Positions 14,043 through 29,254 of a stretch of 64,000 nt of DNA are shown in pieces. The notes below the pieces were generated by a model. The model was given only the letters and a program-made list of their open reading frames with translations, was not told where the DNA came from and did no database searches. Every line of letters starts with the position of its first letter. Position 1 is the stretch's first letter. The stretch spans positions 372,001 through 436,000 of the forward strand of contig JAIVFI010000016.1 in the NCBI GenBank assembly GCA_025558095.1, read 5' to 3'. A program made the translations under genes and the position numbers. The DNA comes from Hyaloraphidium curvatum SAG 235-1. Its lineage: Eukaryota; Fungi; Monoblepharomycota.

Positions 14043-17000
14043 TCACAGTTCATCGTGAGACACGTCCGCCTCCGTTGGTGCGCCGGCGCTGCCAGCGTCT
14101 TCCGAGCCTGCGGAAGCCTCCGCATCCGCCTTCGCAGCAGCCTTCTCCTTCTCCTCCTTCGGGTCCTTTATCGGTGCCGGCTTGATCTCGACCTCGGCCT
14201 CCAAGTCCTCGTCAACACCGAGCGCGGTCCTAACGACCTTTTCCATCCGCTCGGCAAACTTCTCCGTGTCTGACGCGGGCGTGAGGGGGGCGCTTGTGCG
14301 GGCCGACGGGTGCCCACTCACCAGGGATGCCGTAACCCGACCGCACGAGGGCCATCTCGTAAAGGGTGCGGACCATCTCCGTCGCCTTGTCGTCGTTGTC
14401 TCCGTCCTGCACTTTCTTGAGGAGGGACTTGATGATCGGATGCCCGTCGTTGATGTCCAGGATCTTCTTCTGCTGCCGCTGGAACTCCATCATGTAGTTC
14501 TGCTCCTGCTGCTTGAACACCTGGCCCTGCATCAGCCGCTCCGTGTTGCCTGTTGTCCCGTCAGCGCCCACTGGAATCGAGTCGGGCATCGGGAGGCACC
14601 CACCGGTCCAGCCCCACTGGTTCGCAACAATCGCCATCGGGCTCTTTGTGAGCAAGTCCGAGATCTGGACCTTCTCGACCACGTCGATCACTGCCGGGGG
14701 CGGTCAATGCAGCTCCACGGGTAGCTGCGGAAGACTCACGGGCAATCTTCAGCCAGTCCAGGAGCGGCTTGAACTCTTCCTCGCGCGCTTCCTTGGTCTT
14801 CTTGGCCTCCTCATCCTCGTCACCAAACTTCAACCCGGCCTTGGCCGCGTTCTGGAACGTGTAGGTTTCCCCCGATTTCGGCGAAAAGGTCGTGACCTGT
14901 TGCCACAGGTACTCGTCGATCGGGTCCGAGCAGTAGAGGACCTCGTATTCCCGAGCAAGGATCTTCTCCAGGAGAGGGCTCTTCTTGATCTCCTCCACGC
15001 TGGCGCCGGTCAGGTAGTAGATCTGGGTCTGGTTCTTCTTCATCCGCTCGATATAGTCCAGGATGGACGTGCTGTTGTCGTGCGAAGACTGGAATCGCAG
15101 CAGACGAAGAAGCTTCTTTTGGTTCAGCCGGTCCTCGATGGCGCCCAGCTGGAGGAGAAGTCAGCCTTTGCCGGGATCGCGGTCCGCAGCTTCACACCTT
15201 GAGAGTTACGCCAAAGCTCTCCAGGAACTTGGGGTACTTCTCTTCGTCCTTGCTGAGGGTCTTGAACAGTTCGATCGCCTTGCTGACAAGCTTCTTCTTG
15301 ATCCAGTTCAGGATGCTGTGCTGCTGGATCGTCTCGCGAGAGACGTTGAGCGGGAAATCGTCGGAGTCGACGACGCCCTTGATGAACGCAAGCCACCGCG
15401 GAAGGAAATCGACCTGCCCATGGCCTCGCTCAGCAACTCGGAGTTGGCACCAGGTACGGGACCACCCACCAGCTCATCCGTGATGAACACCCTGCGGACG
15501 TACAGCTTGATGTTCCGGTTGAAGGACTCCTCGGCCTGCTGAAGGAACGACGGGGCGGGCTTCGCCGGAACAAAGATGATCGAGCGGAACTCGTGCTCCC
15601 CTTCAGCCTTGAAGTGAATGTACGACAGAGGGTCGTCGTTTTCCTTGGTGAAAGCCTTGTAGAACTCGTTGTACTCTTCTTCTGTGACGTCCTTGGGGTT
15701 GCGAATCCAAACTAGAAACCAATCCGGGGAGGTGAGAACCATCCTTGGTGGCATGCGGGTCCACCCACTCGGCTTGTTCGTGTTGACCTTCTCCCACTCC
15801 TCGACCTTCTTTTCGACGGACTTGGTCTTCGGCTTGTCATCATCCTTCTTGTCCTCCGTCGCGTCCTCCACGTCCTCCTCGGGCTTCTCCGCGTCCTTTG
15901 CGTCCGCCTTGTCCTCGTCCGGTTTCTCGGCCTTGTCCTCCTCGATCGGAACCTCCTCCGTCACGGTTTCTAGGAAAAAAAGATGGCGCGGCGACCGCAC
16001 TGATCAGCCTGGAAGCTTCCCACGAACGGATAGGGGCCCACTTTGAACCCAGAGGTAGATCGGGAAGTTGATGAACTGCGAGTACTTCTGAACGAGTTCC
16101 TTCAGCCGCGTGTCCTCGAGGAACTCCAGAGTATTGGGCTTCAGGAAGAGTGTGATCTCCGTGCCGCGACCGAGCGTGTTTCCGCGCGGATCCTCGGCGA
16201 TGGTGAACCTGTCAACGAGGGACGTCGGCCGTGATCCCGACGGGGAGAACGACGGTGGTGCTCACTCGTTCTGTGCGCTGGACTCCCAGATGAGCTGCTT
16301 GTCGGTGTTGTGCTTGGTGACGACGCGGACCTTGTCAGCCACGAGGTACGCCGAGTAGAAGCCGACGCCGAATTTGCCGATCAGGTTCATGTCCGCCGTG
16401 TTGTTCTCCAGCGCCTTCAAGAAGTCGCTCGTCCCACTCTTTGCCAAAGTTCCGAGGCTCTGCAGCGAGCGGAACGGGCGTCAAAAGGTGCCGCGGGCTG
16501 CCTGAAGCGCCGGCCCAACCTTGACGAGGTCCTCCTGGGTCATGCCCACTCCGGTGTCCGTAATGGTGATCGTGTTGTCATCCTTGTGTGCGCGCACTTC
16601 AATCTTGAGGTCCGGGTTCTCCTTCAGGGCGTCCGGGTCCGTCAGGCTCAGGAACCGGATCTTGTCCAGGGCGTCGGACGCGTTGGAAATCAGCTCGCGG
16701 AGAAAGATTTCCTTGGTCTTGTACAGAGAGCTGGCGGGATGAATTGGCAGCAGCGACATGCGGACGACGCCATGGCGGGTTGAATGGTGAGCACCGCGGC
16801 ACCAGGACGGCGTCGGCACGAGGACCCACTTGATGATGATGTCCAGGACGCGGGAAATCTCGGCCTCGAACTTGAAGTGCTTCGACTTGGCCTGGACCGC
16901 TTCCAGCTGCGATGAGGAAGGCGATGAGTGCCGGGCGCGGCCGCGGCGCCGGAATGGGCCGCGCACCTGCTCCGCGGTGAGTTGGGGAGCGGCGGGAGCC

Positions 17001-17113
17001 GCGGGCGCCGGCTCGGACGACTCCGCAGCGGACGCGCCCCGCGCGACCAGGAGGAGGGCTGCAACGGCCACGAGGGCCAGCAGGAGGGCCCGCGACAGCG
17101 TCGGACGAGCCAT
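14043..17113 (-). CDS. HSP90B1: ER Hsp90 (GRP94/endoplasmin), multi-exon
   Basis: Signal peptide, [75 protein letters not shown]; C-terminal HDEL then stop at 14043. Confidence 0.96.
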
Positions 17114-17235
17114 CGGCGTGTTTGGGCAGGTGGAAGGGCAACGAAAATCGACGTGTCCGGTCCCCGGCCGCGGCCCTGCACCGCCCGATCCGCCCAGCCA
17201 CACGATTCCTCGAGAAAACTCTCTCAGGATCGACG

Positions 17236-17722
17236 ATGTCCTTTCCGATCGCGGTCGTGCAGCGTTCCGGGCCTCGCTTGGATGTGATGGTGATGGAACA
17301 TGCCGACCGTTTCTTTGTCGTCGTCAACGAGGGGATCGGAGCCTTTGGCAGCATCGTGAGGGCTGCAGACGCGCGACGGTGGAGCCCGCTCACGACGCGT
17401 CCAGATCTCTGCCCGATGGGACAGGCCGTCGTCCGCGCGTTTCGATGCCGCGGAGGAGTTGGTGGCGGAGAGCAGGACCTGCGACGTCAGGGTCGTGCTG
17501 GGAACCCCGGACGACCCGCTGGCGCATGTCTATGCCAGCAGGATCCTCGATGAGATGGCCAAAGCGCGTCCGACGGACGATCGGACGCTCCTGCTCAGCC
17601 TTGCCTTGAGGAGAAGCCCCGCTGAACCCGGTTTGGACGCGCCTGACGCGTCGGCATTGGGCCAGGCGCGCGAAACCCTCGAAGAGGCGGTCAACCTCCT
17701 GCGGGAGTGCCGGCTCTTTTGA
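17236..17722 (+). CDS. Probable proteasome assembly chaperone 3 (PAC3/PSMG3-like)
   Basis: Short protein with [40 protein letters not shown], typical of the PAC3 family; at least one intron. Confidence 0.7.
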
Positions 17723-17762
17723 ATTATTCGTGTCTCTCTATGGCAAGCTCGCAACATCGCGA

Positions 17763-19788
17763 TCACGAGACGGCCTCGGGATTTGGCAGCGTCAGGAGCT
17801 CTTTCCCCGTCTTTCGATCGAAACGGATCACGGGCATGCTCTGGATTGCCGAGATGTCGACCTTGTGGCCCAGCAGCTCCCGGATGTTGTCGATCCCGTA
17901 CTTGATCATGGTTGGTCGCTCAAGGGAGAGGCCCCACGCGATCACCGACACATCCTCCGGCAAACCCATGGGCCGGAGCATTTCCGGCCGGAACATCCCC
18001 GAGTTGCCGACCTCGACCCACTTCTTGAGCCCTGTAAAGAAGAGCTCCGGCATCAGCGAAGGGCGCATGGGGGACACATGCTCACTACGAACCTTGATGG
18101 TAGGAAAAGACCTCCATGCTGGGCTCCGTGTAGGGATTGTACGCCGGTTTGAACTTGATGGGTGACAGGCCCATCTTGCCAAAGAAGGTGTTGAGGAACC
18201 CGATGAGGTCGCCAAGTGTGATGCCCCGGTCCGCAATCAGCCCTTCGACCTGGTGGAACTCTGCCAAATGGGTTGCGTCCACGGTTTCGTTGCGGAACAC
18301 GCGGTCGATCGAAAAGTATTTGACTGGCCGGAACTCCTTCTGTTGGCGGGAGTAAGCCTCGCGCCCGCCCCGGTGCGCGACACCACATCACCTCCTGCGC
18401 CAGTTGGTAGAGCATGTAGGAGCTCCGCGCGGTCGTGTGTGTCCGGAGGATCAACTTCTCCGCCTCGTCCTGCTGCCACTCGTAGCCGTATCCGATGCTG
18501 CCGTAGCCGCCCTTGGAGTGGACCTTTTTCACTCGCTCCATGTAGTCCTTGGGGAACTTGTCGTCCGTCGCGGGATCGGAAAGGAAGAAGGTGTCGTGCA
18601 TGTCGCGGGAGGGATGTTGCTGGGGCTGGAAGAGGGCGTCAAAGTTCCAGAAGGAAGATTCGACAAAGTGGTTTGTCGGCATCTCGGTGAAGCTTTGGCG
18701 AGCGAGGCAACACATCCATGAGGGTGCGGCGGGCGGCGGCGGGGGACGCTCATACTCACCCAAGCTCGAAGAAAATCTGCCGGATCTCCTCCCGGACCTT
18801 CATCAGAGGGTGCAGCGCGCCACCGCTCGGGGGAACTCCCTCGGCGGCAAAGTTGTACTTTTTGAAGTCCTGGTTCTTCCACGACCCGCTTCCGGTGCGG
18901 GCGTCAGATCTGCAAGCAGATCCGAAGGACCGGGAACCCACGTCACCAGCATCTCGGGGGTGATGTCCGTCGCCTGCTTTGCCAGCGACGTGGAAAAGCT
19001 GGGTCCTTTCGTGACCTTGTACGTGATGGATTTCCTGCCATGTGAAGATGAGCAGCTGAGTCTGCAATCACCGCCGACTCCCGAGCGCGAACCCACATCC
19101 TCGAGACCAGCCTCCGGCTCAGCAGCTCCTTCAACGCATCGGGCTTGGGGTGTGTGTGCGTATCCCGCACAACGGCCAAGTCCAGGGCGGTCTGATCCGT
19201 GACAGCATCCACCTGTCCCGGAGCAGCTCAAGCGATCCGGCACCAAACCCCGCAAACGCGTGCCAACTCACGGCGCGGACCAAGGAGTTCCCGACTTTCT
19301 TGACCCATTTGTTTTTGAAGGCCTTGCCTTGGCCAACCTTGGCCGACTCCTCTCCGACGAGTTTCTGTCCAAAGCGTCACCAAGAGCTGTCTGATGGGAG
19401 AAGGACAAACCCACCGGCAGCTCGGAAATGGGAAGGCCGACGTCCCCCGCCGGAATGGCGTTGAAAACCTTAACCTCATGGCTGCCCGACGCGGCGAGCT
19501 CCTTGCCCTCGGCAGTGAGCTCGTAGCGAAAGTCCTCGAGAGTCTCGAACTTCACGAACTGGGGCACCGTAAAGCTCGATCAGCGCTCCGGGCAGCCCGA
19601 TGCACTCTGCGGCGGCGCACTTCTCGGCTCCAGAGACTGCTGAGCGCTCCGTACATGGCCGGCTGCTCGATCTCCTTCCCGTCCAAACGCAGCTTCTCCG
19701 TCGACTCGATGAGGCCATCGACGTCCAGGGTCTGCAAAATGAGGCCCTGCAGGGCCTCTGCGCCGGCCGGGCCCTCTTTCGCAGCCAT
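17763..19788 (-). CDS. FRS2: Cytoplasmic phenylalanyl-tRNA synthetase alpha subunit, multi-exon
   Basis: [90 protein letters not shown]. Confidence 0.97.
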
Positions 19789-19931
19789 CTCGGGGCCGAG
19801 CGGGCGGAAGAAGGTAGAGTACGCGTTTTGTGTGTGTCGCGCGCGTCCTCCGCGCCCACGCGTACCTACTGCTCCGCAACCCCGTCCCCCGATCACCGGT
19901 GTTCGCGCCGTCGACGGCGGCCGTGACTAAG

Positions 19932-22868
19932 ATGTCGTCGTATCTCCCTAGTTGGGAATCGGTCCAGCGTGCCGTGACCTCCATCTACGGGATTGCGAGG
20001 GACATCAACCCGGCCACTCTCACCGGAGCCATCGACGTCATCGTGGTGCAGCGGAAGGACGGGACCCTGGCATGCTCCCCATTTCACGTTCGGTTTGGCA
20101 AGCTGAAGCTGCTCGTACCGTCGGAGAAGAATGTGGGTTGCCGCTCGCACCAGGGAGACGTTGCAAGCGGGCAGCGGCTCATCGCCGTTGGCATCCCCGC
20201 GGACCAGGTCGATGTTATCGTCAATGGGACCAAGCAGAACTTACCAATGAAGGTCGGCGACGCCGGAGAGGCCTTCTTCGTGGTGGAAACCAAAGTCAGA
20301 CCGCCCGCGATTGGCTCCGTGGAAACGTTGCCTGAGTCGTCGAGCCCCGCAGAACCCAGTCCCAAAAGAATACGCCACGTCGCCGCTTGCGTCAGCAGCT
20401 GATGCGCCTCTGGTATGTGTTCGGCGTTGGGAAGGGAAAGTCATGGTCTCATGCCGCCTTCTCCGGTCCGCCAGTCTGTGGAACCCCTATCCTTGGACGA
20501 CTCAAACGTTGACGATGGATCTGCCGTGGATACACCTGTGACCTTTGAAGCTTCACCAACCCCCCCGGACGATGTTCCAGAAGCGGCTACTGACGCCGCC
20601 GGTGGTGAATCCGCGGTTGACCAGTCTGTGGCGGAGAAACTGTTCGACGACGCTCCCGAACCCGGACAGCTGGAGCAGCGCGCTGAAAGGGATCGTTATC
20701 CGCTGAGTGATACGGAGATGGATCGCTTGCGACCGGACGCAAGGTCAGCTTAGTTGTTCGAGGTTGCATGCCCTCTTGACATCCACGACAGGGCCGACAC
20801 GCGGAACATGCTGAGCGACACGGAGCCGGAAGCCACCGTTGGAAGCCCTCCAAAGTACACTTGGACTTGGGGCGCCTTGCCGACAAAGGCAGCCGCGGAT
20901 CCGTCACAGCCGTCGGACACGGCCGGTTCACAGCCTTCCGAGGGACAGACGGAGGACTTGACTATCGAAATCGCGTCCACGGCTCAGCTTTCTCCCGTCT
21001 CGGCCCCGCGCGATGAAAGCGGCGACCTGGATGGGAGCGGTGCTCGGAACGAGCGTTCTCCCTCTCCTTCCCTGCCTGGATCGCCAAGCCCGGCGAGCAA
21101 TGAGTACGAGGATTCCGAGTATCCATCGCTCGGCGACTTCAAAGTCGACATTTCCTTGTGCGGGCAACCCGACAACCTCCCCAAGCTTTCCAAGGAGGTG
21201 CGGCGGGATTGCCCAGAGCGACGGGGACCCGAACTGACAATCATTCGTGCGAGCAGGAGGCGGCTCTGCTTTTCCGCAAAAACTCCATCTCTTTCGACGA
21301 GTTCTGCCAGAACCCAAGCGTCTTGACCGATCCCAACCTTGTGTTGCGCATTAACGGAAGGTACTTGTGTTGTTTTTGCAGGAGGCGGCGATGAAGGCTC
21401 ACTCTCACGCAGCTACTACTCGTGGAGCGTAGCTGCTCCCATGATTGCTTGCCGAGCAATCTACGGGTACGACTTGCCCGGGGACGTTCTCTCGGAGCTG
21501 GTGGCCCAGCACCAAAAGAAAGCCGCTGTTTCGGGTTGGCGCCAGTGGTGGTCGCGGTCCTCCGCCCAGCCGCCTGCGCCGCCCGCGCGGACGTCGACTT
21601 CGGAGAGCTCGCCACCCATGTCGCCGCCGGTCTCTGCCCCGCCGTCGCCGACCGCTGCTTCGCTGGCGGTGCCCGGGCCTCCTAAGGAGCCCGCGCGGGA
21701 GGAAGAGTACAACTACGCCAAAACACTGCGGCTGACTTCCGACCAGCTTGTAAGGCCTGGCTCCGCGAGGAGCGTTTGCAGTTGCTGATCTTCTTCTTTA
21801 TTCAGAAAGAACTGAACCTCCAGAAGGGCCTCAACACGGTGTCGTTCGTCGTGCGATCAACCCTTCAAGGCACGGCCGCCACGAATGCCCGTATCTTCCT
21901 GCTGGACGAGGACACCAAGATCGTGATATCGGACGTCGATGGCACGATCACCAAGTCTGATGCCCTCGGGCACCTCTTCACGATGGTCGGGCGTGACTGG
22001 ACGCACTCCGGCGTTGCGGGGCTGTACACGGCGATCAAGAACAACGGGTACCAGCTTCTGTACCTGACGTCACGCGCCATCGGCCAGGCGAGCTACACCC
22101 GCGACTACCTCAAGAAGGTGGAACAGGGCCAGTTCCAGCTCCCCGACGGACCCGTCATCATGAGCCCCGACAGGCTGTTCAAGTCTTTCCACCGGTGGGC
22201 AGACGGTGGCCATTGACCATGCGTATCGCCGTTCGCTGACTTGCCGCCGCCGCTCCGAACATAGGGAGGTGATCCTGAAGAAACCGGAGGAGTTCAAGAT
22301 GGCCGTCCTTCGCGACATCAAGCGCCTCTTTGGCGACACCACCCCGTTCTACGCCGGCTTTGGAAACCGAATAACGGTGGGGGACTGCTCGGCCCATTCC
22401 AGCATCCGGAACCAATTCCGCCCCCACAGGACGCGCTATCCTACCGCAGCGTCGGCATACCATCTTCGCGCATATTCACGATCGATCCGGCAGGCGACGT
22501 CAAGCTGGAGCTGATGCCGACCTACAAATCAACGTGGGTCGGTGTGCAGCTGGTTGGCGCGATAGGCTCATCCTCGGCGCAGATACCTCTCGCTGAACGA
22601 GCTGGCCGAGTACCTCTTCCCACCCATCAACCGCGGAGTCCTCGCGAACGAGGAAGAGGCCTTCTCGGACCTAAACTATTGGAAGCAACCGGTACGACCC
22701 GGCCCAGCCGTTGTACGCGAGTTTCGTTTGACAACTCAAGTTTCGTTTGACAACTCCCCGCAGCTTCCGGAGATTGACGATATCTTGGACTTGAACGGGG
22801 AGGACGGGGATGGAGACTATTTTGACGAGGAGCAAGATCTCGAGGCAAGCGGGGTCGATCTGGTTTGA
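19932..22868 (+). CDS. PAH1: Lipin / phosphatidate phosphatase Pah1, multi-exon
   Basis: [19 protein letters not shown]...[10 protein letters not shown]; [19 protein letters not shown] motif [26 protein letters not shown]; stop 22866-22868. Confidence 0.96.
22720..22756. repeat. 19-bp-period tandem duplication inside the last PAH1 intron
   Basis: AGTTTCGTTTGACAACTC occurs at 22720 and again at 22739. Confidence 0.85.
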
Positions 22869-22924
22869 GATTGTGCAAAAAGGCGGATCGCCATGCCATC
22901 TGAGTCGGTGTACATACGTATGGT

Positions 22925-25102
22925 TCATTTCCTGTCGCGGCACCAGTGAGCGTAGTCCGTCAGCGCCTGTCGGGGACACCAACCTGTAAAAGTGGCGCTT
23001 GAAGCGGAAGTGCAGCTGCAGGACGCCGCGGTCGAACACGCAGCGGAAACCCTTCTTGTGGGAGTGCTCCCACTCCTTGTTGACGATGTTGAAGGCAATG
23101 TCCTCGTACGGCGGCCCGGCGGTGAACTTGATGACGGCAATGTCCGGATTGGACTTGTCCTTGATGATCTGGAAGCTCGGCGCCTTGGTCTTGTCAATGA
23201 GATCGGGGTAAAAGATGTTGAACTTGTACCTGCCACCAAAGAAGTCGTTCTGTCAATACGACCCGCAGCAGGTCGGGGCCGGCGCGCACGTACCCCTGAA
23301 CAACTTTTGGCGGCGGATTGTCCGTGTCGTAGTGGGTCTGATTGTACTTGTTCCACTCGTAGCCCGTGTGTACGCGGTTGAAGTACCGGGGCTTCCGCGG
23401 ACGGTACTTGTCCTGCCACAGGTAGGACTTGGTTTCGGGCGCCACTTCCGATGCAAACACCTCCTCGTCCTCGTCCATCGCCTTGGCGGCTTCTTCCCTC
23501 CAGAGCCGATCGTCGTTGCTTTCAAAGGCAGGCGCGGCTACGGCCGCCTTGGGCCGCGGCTTGGCGACGAGCTGCTGAGAGAGCACCAGCTTCCGTTTCT
23601 CCTCCAGCACGAGCGCGTCCTCGTCCTCGTTCACAATCTCGAGGTCCTGATCCTCCTTCGAAAGCTCCTCCAGCGGGCGCGGGCTCATGCTCGGATCGTA
23701 GGCATCCGGCAGCTCCTCTGCCTCGTCCTCGGCATCCGGGCCCGCGTCGTCTTCCTCCCCGTTCTCCGGCAAGGCCTCGGCCTGCTTCCGCCCGGCGCTC
23801 TGGAGCTGCAACTTGATCGGCTGCCGCAGCTCCTCGACACCCCTGGCGGCCTCTTCCCGCTGCCTCTCGCGCAGCCGCTCCAGGCGTTTGCGCAGCATGA
23901 CCCTGTGCATGTCCTTGAGCCTGGTTTTGGCCTTCCAGACCAGCAGACTCTTCATGAGCGCCTCCCAGTACTCGACATCCACGGGCCCGCCCGACGCCAG
24001 CTTGTCCTCGACCTGCCTCTGCAGGACCGTGAGCTGCTCAAAGTTCTTGTCCCGCAGCAGCCTGTCGATGTCCGCGAGCACGGCCGCGCTGACCCCCGGT
24101 TTCCGGCCCCGGGCCATGCTGCTCCGGTGCTTCGACAACTCGTCCTCGCAAACGACCAGCATCGCCTGATTGGGCGCGCGTCAGCAGACGGCCAGCATGG
24201 AAGGCTGCTGAGGGACCCACCTTCCAAAACTCGATGTTCGTCTCGTCCTTCTCCAGCTCCAGGTACATCCGGATGTCTCTGTCGAGCTCCTCGACGTCCT
24301 CGAGCTGCAGCCCCTGCTGGAAGATGGCGTAGGGCTCGTCCATCTCCATCTCGAGGCCCATGGCGTCGAACTCGTCCGCGATGGCCCCGTCGGTCGCCAG
24401 GCTCAGGTTCATGGCCAGCACGTCGATCGGTTTGGCCCTGCCCTCCTTTATCCGGATCTGGGCGCGGCGCTTTGCCTGTTCGAGGTGGAACTCGACCTCC
24501 TTGGTCTCCCAGTCCCCGAGCTTTGCGCGCTCCTGCTCCCGGCGCAAACGCTCCGCCTCCTCCTCGCGCAGGCGGATCTCCTCCTCGCGCTCGGCGCGCT
24601 TCCTGTTGAGCTTCTCCAGCTCGGCCATGGCCTCATCGCGGCGGCGTTTCTCCATGGCCAGCCGCTGCGCCTCGTTGAGGCCCGCCTTCTGCTCCGACTC
24701 GACCTTCTTTGCCCACACGAACTTCTGGCTGAGGTTCGCATCGTTGAACGGGTTGTCCTTGTTGGAGTAGCCCAGCTGGATCGCGACCTGGGCGGCGAAC
24801 TGGGTCTCCTTCTGCCTGCGCAGCTCCTCCTTCAGCTTTCTTTTGTCGGCCTTGCGCTGAGCCCGCTCCTCCGACGTCTCGCGCCGTTTGCGCTTTTTCG
24901 AGTCCCGCCGGTCGTCCGACGAGCGCGACGCCGACCGGGACCGCGTGCGGCTGCGCTCGCGTCGGTCTCTCCTGCGCTCCTCGCGCCGCGGCGAGTCGGG
25001 CGACCGCGACCGCCGCGCCCGCGGGGGAGATCCTCGCCGGCCGTCCCTTTCGCGGCTCCGCGTCCGGTCCTCCCGACGCCGATCGTCGCGGTAACGGTCC
25101 AT
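22925..25102 (-). CDS. CACTIN: Cactin (spliceosome-associated factor), multi-exon
   Basis: RS-rich N-terminus, GYSNKDNPFNDANL..KFVW.KK, FHLEQAKRRAQIRIKEGRAKPID, KYRPRKPRYFNRVHTGYEWNKYNQTHYD.DNPPPK; a 7-nt terminal exon ends the protein HFYRK-stop. Confidence 0.95.
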
Positions 25103-25225
25103 GGGCGACAGGATGTGTTTACATCAGTTGTGGTTGCGGCCGTAGCGTCGCTCGACTCGCGAATCCAAATCAAAGAGCCGCGCCTCCCCCGCGGATCCCG
25201 CCGCCGCCACGCCCTCTCCGCCGCA

Positions 25226-26592
<1,367 letters not shown>

Positions 26593-26640
26593 AGGGAGGG
26601 GATCTAGATACCCGCTGTGAGAAACCAATGAATGTACATT

Positions 26641-29150
26641 TCACAGTTCCATCATGATCTCCTGCTTCGCAAAGTGTCCAATCAGCTCCGCGGCGGCTGC
26701 CGGCCTCGAGTTCCACTTGGGGAACTGGCGCTTGTAGAGGTACATGCAGACCGTGTCTTGCGGCTTCACCGGGCCGTCGAACTGGCACTTCATGTGGCCG
26801 TGCGTTCCTGCCCGCCTCGTCAGCACCGCTACAAGCAAGCCATGCAGCACTACGAAACCAACCTATCGAGTCCTGGATGTGGCCGGTCCGGCCCAGTTTG
26901 GTCACGAGCTGCACCGGCCTGAACCACGCAATGTCCTGCGCGTTCCAGAACATGTAGCGCACGACCACCGAGCGCTTGTGGATCTTGAAGGGATGCCCGG
27001 TCAGGATGATGCGCTTGGCCACGATGCGGAGCGGATCGGCTTCCAGCACCGTGCCCGTCGCCACGAGCGCCGGATCGGCGCCGTCCGAGCCCGACCTAAG
27101 GAACAGCACGGGGGCAGGCCCGAACTGGATCGGCAGGTAGGCCGAAGCCATCGACGGGCGGCCAGGCTGGAGGAAGCGCTCGTACTTGTGCACGTTGTTG
27201 ACGCCGCCGCGCGTGTCCGTCGAGTAGATCGGCGAGGCCCAGAAGCGCCGGAAGCCGAGCTGCACCAGCATCTGGTCCTTGCTCTTCACGGGCTCCTCGT
27301 ACTCCGAGGTCTTCGTGACGACCATGTTGACCAGCGACGTCTTGTTCTCGTGGGGCAGGAGGGAAAAGATCCCGACCAGCCCCGACTTGCCGACCAAGTC
27401 CACCGCGTCCGCCGGAAAGTCCCTGATGTTGAGCGTGACGTAGGTGCCCGGCTCGACGCCCTCGCTGCCGACCTGCTTCAGCATGCGGTGCCGCGTGCGG
27501 GAAAAGTTCTCGAACTGGAAGATGCGCGAGTAGTCGACGGGAAGGTTCTCCGTGGGGTCCCACGGCGAGGTCCGGAAGGACTTGAGCCCGCGGTACTTTT
27601 GGAACCGCACGCGCGCGTCGACATCCCGCGGAGTGTTCACCTCGTCCGGAAACTGCGCGTCCTGCCGCTGCTCCTCCTTCTTCTTGAGGTACTCGCCGTA
27701 CGCGTCCTCGTCGTCCAGGTCCTCGTAGCTGCCATCGTCCCCGTCCGAATCGGCGGCATGACCGTCCTCGAGCTCGATCATTTCGTGTTCTTCCTCCTCG
27801 TCGTCCGATCCGCCGTCCGAAGAGCGCCCGTTTGAAGCACCGTCTCCGTCGACCATGTCATCATCCTCCGACCCGCCGTCCTCGTCGTCGGCATCGTCTT
27901 CCGAATCGTCGAGGATCCATTCGGCCTGGTAGGCCGAGGTGCCTTTGGGCACCCGCCTCTTTCGCTTCGCCGCACCGTCGTGCCCGTCGGCCATGGCTGC
28001 ATTTTGCCGCTGCTCTCCGTCGCGGAGCTCCTCCTCGGTTGGCCAAGTCTGCTCGCCGGCCATCGGGTCGACTTCGTTCTCCGAGGCGAGCGATTCCTGG
28101 GCCTCGGGATCCGGCTCCGCGAGCACCAGTGAGGGCGCCATCTCCACGTCCCCGGCCCGACGATCGTCCGGCCTCTGGGCGGCCTCGATCGATTGCAGCT
28201 GGAACGTGCCGACTCCGACAACGTGCACCAGGCGGTTAGCCGACATCGGCTGCCCCCGGACGAAGCCCGTGACGCGAAGCGTGCCGGTCGGGTCGCCGTC
28301 GGCCGATTTTACCAGCTGGAGCTGGTCCGGCACCAGGTACGAATGCCGCTCCCTCCAGAGCGGGGCCTTTGATCGGGTGTTCGCCACGGCACGGAGGCAG
28401 GCGCCGCAGTCCTGCGCCGAGTCCAGGGAGAACAACCTCTGCTCGCCCGGGAAGCGGTCCTCCATAAAGAGCTGAAGGGACCTCTTGATGTCCTGCCGCT
28501 TCCCCGAGGGAACAGAGTTCAGATGCTGCACGATCGCTAGCGGCGTCACGACGCCCTGGGCAGCAACGGCGCTGAGGCACATCTTGCCGAAATCGTCCAC
28601 CTCCACGACCGCCGACAGCACGTAGATGACGTAGTCGACCACCTTTGCGGCGTCGATGATCTCCACGAGGTCCCTCCGGCATTGGACCAGCTGCACTTTC
28701 TGCTTGAACTGCTCGAGCCTCAGGACCGGCGACGGCCCCTCGGAGAGGACCGTTGCCCCGCCGCTCTTTGCCAGGTGCTCGACCACGACTTCAGTCGACA
28801 CATCGGGGCACAGCGGGACGACCGCGACCAGCTTGGGAGGTGCCGAGGCCCCCTGGAAGAAACGGTTCTCTTGCGTCAGAAGCTCCCGCTTCTTCTTCTG
28901 CTCCAGCTTTGCCGCATTCCTCCTGTCCGCCTTGGTTGATCGGCTGCTTTTCGTTCGGCTGACGACATCGGTGCGCTCCACCTTGCCTTCAGGGCAGAAG
29001 TGCGTCAGAGAAGAGGAGGAAGTGCGAACCAGTCCCGTGCGCACCCTTGTTCTTGGCCTTTATGGAGCCTTTCGTAGCATGGCGTGATTTGAAAGACCTG
29101 TTGGTCTGCTTCAGCGTCGGCCGATGGTGGAACGGCTCGCCCGGCGGCAT
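26641..29150 (-). CDS. TSR1: 40S ribosome biogenesis protein Tsr1, multi-exon
   Basis: [51 protein letters not shown]...[51 protein letters not shown]. Confidence 0.97.
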
Positions 29151-29200
29151 TTTCGTTGTTGACTTTTGAGGTGGACGAGCGCGTCGATCACTACAAGTCG

Positions 29201-29223
29201 CACACATCGCCTCTGCTACTAGC
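29201..29223 (+). repeat. Left degenerate terminal inverted repeat candidate
   Basis: CACACAT-cgcctc-TGCTACT-a-GC versus the reverse complement of 37829-37851, CACACAT-atggaa-TGCTACT-t-GC. Confidence 0.55.
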
Positions 29224-29254
29224 TGTTGCTAGAAAATCCGCCGGCAGCGCCCCA

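Noticed and set aside
29156-29254. TTG-started N-terminal extension of the transposase ORF
   Set aside because: Non-ATG start in a eukaryote, extending outside the putative left TIR; first ATG is 29255 (alternative 29333).
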